DNA from: Nemertoderma westbladi
Lineage: Eukaryota; Animalia; Xenacoelomorpha
NCBI GenBank assembly: GCA_032718475.1
Contig: JAUCBJ010005009.1
Span: 1 to 56,547 of the forward strand
Direction of reading: 5' to 3'
Length of the DNA stretch: 56,547 nt
In this document: positions 39,346 to 49,100 of the stretch, one piece after another
Layout of the letters: every line of letters begins with the position of its first letter
Numbering within the stretch: position 1 is the first letter of the stretch
Notes under the pieces: model-generated
Databases searched by the model: none
What the model saw: only the letters and a program-made list of their open reading frames with translations
What the model was told of the DNA's origin: nothing
Position numbers and translations under genes: made by a program

Positions 39346-39637
39346 TAGGGGTTGGCTGGACAAAAAGTCTTAGTAACCAAATAGTCCATTTTTATCTACT
39401 GTAAATAAAATTTCTGGGAAAAAGCCTTTCATCAATTCAAACAACAAAATAGGAATTATGTAATAATTCAATAACAGAAACGAGCAGAATGTGTTGATAT
39501 TCCATATTACCATTCTTGTTGTTCAATTTATTTTGTTGTTTATAGTTGAAAAAAGCCAAACTCAATAAATAATTAGTCATCTTTTATTTAATTTTAATTC
39601 GTCACTAAGACATAGCGATAGGTCCAGCCAACCCCAC
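39346..39637. mobile_element. Small MITE-like element
   Basis: GGGGTTGGCTGGAC...GTCTTAGT vs ACTAAGAC...GTCCAGCCAACCCC inverted ends. Confidence 0.5.
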
Positions 39638-40006
39638 TATTTGTTTTATATCCCCATTAATGTCGTGGACCCAAACTTATTTACAAAGTAGAACATTATT
39701 ACTCAAATAATCCCAACCTTGGCCTTGAAACTATTTTACTAACATACCTCTACATGATATATTCTAGGGTTAAACTTTTATGTTGAATAAAGATTTCAAG
39801 GTAAACTTGAGCTTCCAAGCCGGTAACATAAAATAAGTTGAATTGAGTTTAAGTCAAGATTCTATATAAATATCAAAGTTCAAAGTAACATAGCCATCAA
39901 TTACCTTCAGATTTCAAGGTTACTGCTATGGCAAATGGTGAGTGTGGTGGAGTACATTGATAAATTGTTTTGGATTTAATACACTTTTCTCCGTTGTTTT
40001 CTATGC

Positions 40007-40327
40007 CCTGATGTACGATGTACATAGGCCTACATAGTGTAACGTGTGTAGGCCTGATGTACGATGTATCCCTACATAGTGTAGCGTGTGTAGGCCTACA
40101 TAGTGTAACGTGTGTAGGCCTGATGTACGATGTAGGCCTACATAGTGTAATGTGTGTAGGCCTGATTTATAATATAGGCCTACATAGTGTAACGTGTGTA
40201 GGCCTGATGTATAATATAGGCCTACATAGTGTAACGTGTGTAGGCCTGATGTTCGATGTAGGCCTACATAGTGTAACGTGTGTAGGCCTGATGTACGATG
40301 TAGGCCTGCATAGTATAACGTGTGTAG
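40007..40327. repeat. 42-bp minisatellite (CCTGATGTACGATGTAGGCCTACATAGTGTAACGTGTGTAGG), about 8 units
   Basis: Tandem periodicity; explains ORF 40018-40374. Confidence 0.93.
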
Positions 40328-42589
40328 GGGAGAGCTTCAGTACGAAGTCTGAGTGCGACTTTGCATACCAGTAAATTTACTGGACATCCCACTAGCGGCT
40401 CTTCTAGGTATTTCTAGATATTTTATATACTACATGTATACCATGTACGCATCTATTTCATTTAATTGTTGACCGGCTTTTATCTTTAAACATTTCCAAC
40501 GACAACGACGGGCTTTTGAGAGTGTATCCGTTAACATTGCAACATAAATACGCCTATCTGCAACAATAATTAAATGTGGGCTTATTTCCTTCAAGCAGTT
40601 TGTACCCGCCACAAATGTCCAACAGAAATTACTGCTAATTTTTAGGAGTACTACAGTATATTGGAATTTCATCAACTATTTTAATTTAGTTTTATTAAAC
40701 TGTTTTATTTAGTTTTAAAAGTTAAACAGTTATTCTCTATTTAGAAATATTTGCATGTAGTGAGCACGTGAAGAAAAATTTCTCGGGAAAATTTCTGCAA
40801 AAATTGCGGAAAAGGGTAGAAGTTTTAAGACATATTATTGATTAACATATAAATTTGTGGTGGTGTGACATGAATGTTTTATAAATTATTTAGAAATTAA
40901 TTATTAGTTGTCCAAAATTCTAACTTTGGTATTAATTACTGTAAAACAAAGCACGCTATTGTAGTACACCATCTATAAACTATCAAAATAACGAATCAAA
41001 TGAGTCGAATTCTCATATTCTAGCTATAATATTCGAGTCTATTCATAATATTAAATCTCCATTGACTAAAAAGGTTGAAATAATTAAAAAAAACACTCAT
41101 CAAACAACACAAAAAGGTAACATTGGAAAGGTGCCTGCACTGCACAATAGTAAATTTCGGCAAAGTGTTACTGTGATATGCACATAATTCAAACTATTCA
41201 AAATTTCATAGCATTTAATATTTTTTCAAATATTCAGCATCTAATATTTGAACGGAACTTGAATTTCCAAATTTGTATGGTTGACAACTTCAGCTCTCCC
41301 ATAGTTACTATATTTATGCTAGAAGAGCATTGCTGCCTTTAATTCTCTCGAGATTGTTCGTCATTCAGTTGGATGAAACGGATATGGTAGAGCATTGCCA
41401 ATGCGGATCTTATCAGGATCTACTTAGGGAAAATAGATTACATGATCAATTGCATCCTAGTCAATAAGGCAATTTTGGTTGCTGACCAAGAGAATTAGAT
41501 ATTAATTTATGGGGAATCGATTAACGAACCTGAGTCGAATGACTTTTTTAACGCAGTTATTTAAACATTTCACCAGGGAGTCATATCCATTCAGATGTAC
41601 AGTCTCAGCCCAGCAGCAGTTTCATATTGTAAGACAACTTTAGCAGGTTCGGGTTTCTATATTACCGGTATGGTATATGTCTTACAAGGGGGGATAAGCT
41701 GACTGATACCACAGAGGGAAGATATTAGTAATAATATAATAATAGTATAATAATATTATTAAAATATTAGTATTTAATATCTCTATTATTAGTAAAATAT
41801 TTCCTTTTTAACTTTTTGATTAATTCGATATTGGCTGTTCCACCTGGCGGAAGAACCCTGAATTATTGGCAAATAAATGAATCAATTATGAATCTGCAGT
41901 CGGTGCACCTGAACCCCAACCCCTAAGGCGGAGCTTGTCTGCCAGGGCAGTCAGCTCTCCTTGTTGCATTGGGGAGCCCAGTGTCAGGAATTAAATGACG
42001 CTAGTCTAATGCCTTAATGGCGTGGTGGTCGGGGTGGAACATGAATCTCATATTGCAATATGGCTTCCCTGGTTGGTTAGGGCCAGAAAGGTAATCAGGA
42101 AAGGGACGCTGCAGAAATACATAATATACAGCCCCCACGTGCATCTTCCAAAATCCATTTTGAATTGAATTTGTTGAAATGAATTTGTTTGAATTGAAGT
42201 TGTTGAACTTCTTGCTTATTATGAAAATTTTATAATAATAAGACTGGAATTAATGACCGTGGTGTCTATATACTTCGGGAACTAACGATCCACTGGAATA
42301 ACAGATATGTTTTGCAGGATCGTAAAGATCTGCGGAAAGGTACAGACCCCATGATCAAAATTCCCTATGAACTAACGACCCCCCAATCTTTCTAAAGTAC
42401 ATAGATCATAAATAGGTTAGATGCATGATAAGATATAGATTATACTTGCAGGATAAGATATAGTTTATACTTGCAGGATAAGATATAGATTATACTAGTC
42501 TTACGATGTTGTCTCTGAAGTCTGTGTCTAGTGATGACATTGAGAAGTTTTTTACCTAATTGATGATTAACCATCTGTCTGGGTTTCAG

Positions 42590-42769
42590 GGGAAACAGCA
42601 TTTATATCAAGACGAGAAGCAACACAATCCTCAGCGTAGACAGTCGAAGTCGATGACCTGCCTCGAGTCATTGTCCCCACATAGCAACATTCCGAGAGAC
42701 AGAAAGGACAATCTAATAGTTCGTTCCGGTTCTATTAACATCCTTCAGGATTTAAGACACTCAACACAG
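42590..42769 (+). CDS. ADRA2: Alpha-2 adrenergic-like GPCR, probable coding exon 4 (ICL3, 60 aa)
   Basis: tttCAG acceptor at 42588-89, CAG|GTAAGA donor at 42770, open frame GKQH...HSTQ, phase 0-0 fits exons 3 and 5; polar Ser/basic ICL3-like composition but no conserved motif. Confidence 0.65.
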
Positions 42770-44867
42770 GTAAGAATAATCAACCATTGAATGTGGTGAT
42801 TAATTAAATTATAATAATTCGACTACTACTGTAATCACGTTGGCCAAACATTGCCCCCCTAATATAACTAACTATCCGGCCACAATCCCAAACAAGATGG
42901 CAATTATATCTATTGTAATAATCACATCAAATGCAGTCAATTTTGAGCGATGTACAGTAATAGAGCTCAGTTGGAATGAGGAATTATCATATATTTAAAA
43001 AATAAATACTATCTATAAATCATCATGCCCAATTCCCACATCCTAGCCGTCAGTATTGATCATATAAGCCCCTAATTCTAGACGGACGTTAACACAATCA
43101 ATCACATGCCTTATCATTTATACACATGGAATAATTTATACACTTCATTGAAGTTGAATCCTATTATGTATCCGTTGTCGAAGGAGGCCTAGCTAAGTGT
43201 ATGCACTACACGGGGTAGGAACGCATTGAAATTATAAAGTGCAGGCTCATTAACATGCTCAGTCATACAAGATTTGCTCAATGTAATACACGCCAAGTTC
43301 AAAGAATGAAAGACGATGGCATTATTTAATTCCAAGGGCTCTTTTGATGAATTAATAATTTTATATTTCATCAAAGATTTTAAAATCAATCTGTTATATC
43401 ACATTTTTTTCATGGTGGGCATCCACATAATATTTATAAATTTCAAGTTAAGGCGACTGCCTACCTACCCAGGATGTCACATATTATTGCACATTAAAAT
43501 TGCATAATTGATAATATGTAAAGCCGGTTTTTGGCAAAATGTTCGTAGTAAAAATGAATCGAAATGCGTCAATACCATCCTGAAACTCTTATAAATATTG
43601 GTCGCGAAAAATTTTGCGACACATTTCACCAGACCTCGAATCCGACCTTAGCAAATGCTCTATTAACGGATTTATACAATTTAACAATTTTGCTTTTTCT
43701 GAGAAAATCCCTGCAAATTTGAAAAAGCATTGAGGTGGGGGGACTTACGACACAATCAAAATCCCACTCTAAGGGAATATCAACTCAAGTAACAGCTGAT
43801 TACTCCCAAAAGTAAAACTGTAAACTGTTGGCTTTCTTTTACTGTTTTGTTTAGAATAACGTGCAAATTAAACCTGCTCCTTTCCCTTAATATATAATTT
43901 TTAACATTGGGACGTGAATTTAATTCGCCATTAAATGCGGGATTGGCATCCAGTTTGCCAGAAATCTATCATAATCCAGCATATCATCTCACAATTATGT
44001 TTACAGTGTTACAGTCTTACAGTTTCAATTCAATTCAATTCAATTAATATTTAATTCACTGTTTTAAATATAGCAAATTAATGTATAATACAATATAACA
44101 CCCAACACCAATTCATTTAGTCAGTAAAATATTGAGAATAGGGATCGAGTGTTAGGGTGGAATAGGTAAGGATAAGGAAACGGTAAGCTAGCTAATAGCA
44201 AAGCTAGTAGACGCTAACTGCCGGAGGTGGAGGGAGGGGAGGGGGGGGGGGGGGGGTGGGGTGATGTCACAATTGTGTACTCACAATTTAGAATTTTCTT
44301 ATATGTTTATTCATTTGCACTAGTAAGGGGACGGTGCCATTTCTAAAATTTTGTATAATTTAATTTAATAAGTTGAGGTTTGACAATACATTAGCATATT
44401 AGCTAGTGGAAATTAACATACTAAACATTAACATTATTTAAATTATTGAAAGCTGCGCCATAGAGAGGGCGTTATATTATTTAATTATTACCTAACACTA
44501 GCACTGCGTGACCCCGCGCCCGGGTAGGTCAAAGTACAGTATCTCTAACTACAGTCCCTATCTCATTCTGAATTATCATCTCTCAAACTGGTTATCATTT
44601 CTTGCTCAAACCTTTTTTACTAATGATAAGCAACGTAAAATTTCGCGAGGTAAGAGTTAAGAAATCAGAGCGACCCCGCCAGAGCCCCAACTAAAACAAA
44701 CTAAATAATGGCGCCACGGTTTGAGTTAGGTTGACCTCCAACTGTGCCATACTCACCATCACTGTACCTGTACATGATGGATAATTACAGTACTCTGGTT
44801 CAGTGAGACACCACATGGGGAAGGGGCCTGCCTCTCTCTGTCTGCTACTTGGGCTCTTGACTTTATA

Positions 44868-44996
44868 TCTCCCGATAACCAAACTGATCTTACATGGTAC
44901 ATCGGGCCTACAGTATGCATTGTCTCCCGATAACCAAACTGATCTTACACGGTACATCGGGCCTACAGTATGCATTGTCTCCCGATAACCAAACTT
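44868..44996. repeat. 55-bp tandem duplication, about 2.3 units
   Basis: CCCGATAACCAAACT recurs at 44871, 44926 and 44981. Confidence 0.9.
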
Positions 44997-45474
44997 TACA
45001 GTATATTTACGTAATTTACAAAGATTTATCAACCTGAACACTAACAAATAATTCAAGGTTAACAAGATTTGAAACAAATAACAAGTGAATTAATACCGTA
45101 AGGTAAGATTGTAATTCATTAGGTAACAAATATCTCAGAAATTCAAACAGTTAAATATAAATACAGTAGCTACATAAAGAAAATCTTATATATAATACAT
45201 GTAATTAAATAACAAATTTTCGTTTGATTAGTATATAAATAACTTAATGATGTCAGAAGAATTACAATGAGAATGGCGACCGGAGACTGACTGATTGGCT
45301 CGGTGGGGACAAGAATAGAGATTAAGAGACTAGGTGGTGGTAGAGAAGGATAGACAGAGTGAAGGAGGTTTCAGATAAGGAAGACCTCGTCCAAGCTAGC
45401 CTGACTGGGGAGGGTGCCAAGAACTGCTACTGCATTCCCTCGGATGGTGGCTATTGAAAGGCGTTGAAACAGGT

Positions 45475-46430
45475 ATGCAGTGGAACGGGGTTCCCCTGTC
45501 CGATTGCTGATCCTGCGCCCTATTTCGCGAAGTGTTTCAGTGCCTTCGACTCCTACCGGTCCCAGTCACTCGTAATACTTCTACTATAAAGCATTATGGC
45601 ATTCTCTATACATGTCTAAACTCTCGCGCCGTATCTTTAGATATTGCAGCTGATGCATCAGCAGCTGCCTTCATCAACTCATTCAGGCGATATATTGCAC
45701 ATCGAGGTACTCCTAAGGAGATATTGTCTGATAATGGATCCAATTTTGTTGGTGCTGACTCAGAAATGAAACAAAACATTGGACTCTGGTCTGAAAACAA
45801 CATTTCGGATTTAAAACCATTAGGAGTAACATGTCGTTATATTCCTCCAGGGGCACCCCATATGGGTAGAGTTTATGAGCGACTAGTTAAAATTTATAAA
45901 TAAATTATGTTGGCCTACTGCAAGGTGTCCTAGTTACAGATGATGTACTTTTAACTACTTTAGCCAAGGCGTAATCTATTGTAAATAGTAGACCCCTCTA
46001 TACTGTAACTGATGACCCTGCTTCTGACGACATCTTAACACCCAATCACACCCTGCCTATAATTAACCAACATCCTGCCTATAATTAACCCTTGGACCAT
46101 TTCATGACGATGACACCTACTCTCGCCGGACCTGGAGGCAAGCGCAACTTATATCGAACCACTTCTAGAACAAGTGGCTCAGGGAGTACGTCAGCATGCA
46201 AGTAAGTAGCATCGAAAACGTGGAAATCTCCAGGTCGATGATTGTCCTGACATGATGTGGTTCTTCTTCATGAAGATGTTCTACATCGAAACTCGTGGTG
46301 GTGGGGAAGAATCATAAAGACATTCCCAGATAAATATGGATTGGTTTGATCCGCCGGAGTCAAATCTCCTGTTGGTTTCTACAAAAGACAAATTAGAAAG
46401 ATGTGTCTTTTGGAGGAAGCAACCTGACTT
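45475..46430 (+). mobile_element. BEL/Pao LTR retrotransposon integrase and C-terminal domain, decayed
   Basis: TCLNSRAVSLD, FINSFRRYIAHRG, SDNGSNFVGA, PGAPHMGRVYERLV, NSRPL, LTPNH, WGRIIKTFP. Confidence 0.9.
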
Positions 46431-46584
46431 CATCACTTTTTCAGAACCACTTATCTGCGACGTATTCTACTTAAATTTTACATGGTCATGGTTACTTGAC
46501 CACATACATTGTGACCCGCATATTTCTGAGATTTTTAGTTTAATTTGTTTCGATTATATCAAATAATTACCTATATATCCCTGA

Positions 46585-46857
46585 ATTGTTTATATGTTTT
46601 TAACATCCATGAAATTGTATAAATTATTAAGTAATTTAAACAGGACTTATGATGATCCAACTCTATAGCAGAATAGAGCGGAAAAAATGAACTTGCCACC
46701 AGCGGGGATCAAACCCGCGTCTCCCCATAAACGTTCATGTATGCTAACCATTTTCCCATCATTTTTTCCGCTCCATTGCTATGGAGTTGGATCATGTCAT
46801 GTTTAAATTACTTAAAAATTTATACAATCTCATGGATGTTAAAAACATATAAACAAT
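46585..46857 (-). mobile_element. tRNA-cored inverted-arm element, copy B
   Basis: About 100-bp arms 46585-46690 and 46759-46857 around a 5'-truncated copy (46694-46750, minus strand) of the 26565 cloverleaf. Confidence 0.85.
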
Positions 46858-46949
46858 AAGATTTGTTTGCCGTACAGGTCATAACTGCTAATGTATTAGG
46901 ATACAGATTAAATCCATCCGTTACGGCGGACACTATGTTAAGACACTAA

Positions 46950-47115
46950 TGTGGATGCTACAGTTGTCGATCCTCTAGCACCAAGTCACCTTAAAACAAC
47001 TCAAACTATCAGTGGAGGCATTGGCAAGGAGCAGGGAATCTGTGAAAGATCAGAAATATGAAGATCTTGTAAACCGAAGATTCCTTTTCCACCCGGTTGC
47101 TTTTAAAAGTTTTAG
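46950..47115 (+). mobile_element. Restriction-like endonuclease fragment of a CRE/R2-group non-LTR retrotransposon
   Basis: WDATVVDPLAPSHL ... KDQKYEDL...FHPVAF. Confidence 0.65.
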
Positions 47116-47352
47116 TCAATCATTGCATTTCTTTTTCATCCTAGTCTACTGAGTATTACTACAAATATTATTTTGAAGCAAACTGATCTGAAATATCATT
47201 AATATCAATATCATTATTAAAGCCGTCAACATTAAAACTATAGCTATTTTAATGATTTATTCTTCGTTTAATCATTACTTAATATATTATATATATTACA
47301 ACTGAAATCTTACAGACCATTATGAAATGGGACCCCACCGTCCCAAAGGTAA

Positions 47353-47580
47353 AGGGAAATGCGAGTCCGACTCATCGCCAGTATCACCCTGATCATCGAT
47401 ATATTGACATATGTCAATAGTTCGGATGAACCCTGCCAACAGGGAAGTGCGAGTCCAACTCATCGCTAGTAATACCCTGATCATCGATATATCGACCTTG
47501 CTCAATAGACCTGATAAACCACACCAACAGGGAAATGCGAGTCCGACTCATCGCCAGTATCACCCAGATCATCGATATAT
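47353..47580. repeat. 88-bp period repeat with three 52-bp conserved cores
   Basis: Cores at 47353, 47441 and 47529. Confidence 0.9.
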
Positions 47581-47935
47581 CATGGCTGCCATTAACATTC
47601 CTGATCCCATCCATCCCATGCTCTCTGGCGCCAAGCTGTTTTGTTTCTCCATGCAGGGGGGTGATTGGGTGATTACCAAGAAGGAATGGACAGATTCGTA
47701 TGGGAACATCTAACATAAACTTAAAAATGTTTATTTAATAAATTGTTATAACATGGAAAGCAGTCAATAATGATGAAACTTAATTATAATCAAAAATAAT
47801 TATTGCAATATTTTTAAAAAAATTTAGTTAAAAGTGTTTATTGATTAGCAACAGAGTGAGTAGTCCAAACGATTCTCTTAAAATGTAAATATCATTAATT
47901 TTAATAATTTCTTGTTGTTTCTTTTAATTTTCCAG

Positions 47936-48099
47936 TCGCTTGAACATGTGAATTTAAGCAGCAGTTCCAGCGAACATCTGTCCTTCTGTCGTCCGGAACA
48001 TTATATAGACATTAGTCGCCATGGCAGTGAGGTACACGATAAACAGCTGCTTGAGTTGAGCCGCAATCGTAAAAGATTGGCTCTACACCGAGAACGAAG
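47936..48099 (+). CDS. ADRA2: Alpha-2 adrenergic-like GPCR, coding exon 5 (end of ICL3, up to TM6)
   Basis: Long polypyrimidine tract and ttcCAG acceptor at 47934-35; ends RKRLALHRERR, like alpha-2 REKR(FT) just before TM6; donor AG|GTAAAT at 48100, phase 2. Confidence 0.8.
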
Positions 48100-48204
48100 G
48101 TAAATAAAAGGCCTGCATGTATACCGACACACTTAATGTACCGGTATACGTACATATGTACTTACTGTACTAGATTGCATGTATATAAAAGTTTATGACA
48201 TACC

Positions 48205-48660
48205 GTACTCAAATAAATCCAGAACTATCTGTCCATCCCTTTTACAGCTACCATAAACCGTTCATTCCAGATTATCTAAGGGTTTAAGGGTTAGCATGTC
48301 CCGGCTACGTACGGTTAATGGTCCACAAGCTGAAAGTTGAATCTGGTCGTTTGAGCCGTATACCAGCTGACCAAAGAGTATGCGCATGTGACAATATATC
48401 GATCCAAAATGAACCGCACGTCTTGATCACCTGTCCTGAAAGTCTCCGACATAACTACCCATCCCTAGATTTTTCAAGCATGATAAATTTCTCTCAGGTT
48501 AAGGACCTAAAGAGCTTATGCAATTATATTTCAGATTTATTGAAGCTATTCGAATAGCAGTTTTTAGATATTAATAATGTATATTTTTCCTTCTATTTTG
48601 TTAATGGTTATTCGTCTGTAGAATCCCTTGTATCGAAGCACCTACTGTATAAATATATTA
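48205..48660 (+). mobile_element. LINE ORF2 C-terminus with CCHC knuckle (RTEX-like)
   Basis: INPELSVHP, HKLKVESGRLSRIPADQRVCAC....QNEPHVLITCP. Confidence 0.7.
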
Positions 48661-48899
48661 TATTGAATTCAATCATAGGCTGGACGGGCTGTATAACCGT
48701 TCCACTACTACTACTACTATGGACTACTTGCTCTTACAGTAGGTGAGGTTAAATCTTACAAAGCGTCAGTCTTAAAAACTTCAGTCTACAAAACTTCAGT
48801 CTTAAAGAAAGTCATGGGTTGTCCACCTGACGTAGCATTCTTCTACTATCCAGAGATTTTCTGTCCTCAACAATTCAAACTAACTCGCGAAAATAAACA

Positions 48900-49100
48900 T
48901 GGAAGACAACCCATGACTTTCATTATTGGTGTTTAATTGTTGGCCAACAAAAAGTTATAATGACTTTCATGAGACGCTTCTTTGCGGACACTGGACTTGA
49001 AGATGCGGATAATCTCGCAAAATCATGGGGGATAGTGAGTTGCGACGGTGCAATTTTGTTAATAAGCCTTGATAGCATTCCTAATGCACGCTGCATTGGG
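48900..49100 (+). mobile_element. RTE 3' end fragments
   Basis: GACAACCCATGACTTTC and ...DTGLEDADNLA match the reverse complement of 15060-15220. Confidence 0.65.

Noticed and set aside
44500-45470. LTR belonging to the BEL integrase
   Set aside because: No matching TG...CA termini, TSD or second copy could be established.
47353-47580. CRISPR array (repeat plus 36-nt spacer appearance)
   Set aside because: The linkers are homologous to each other (24/36), there are only three units, no cas genes, and the context is a eukaryotic intron.
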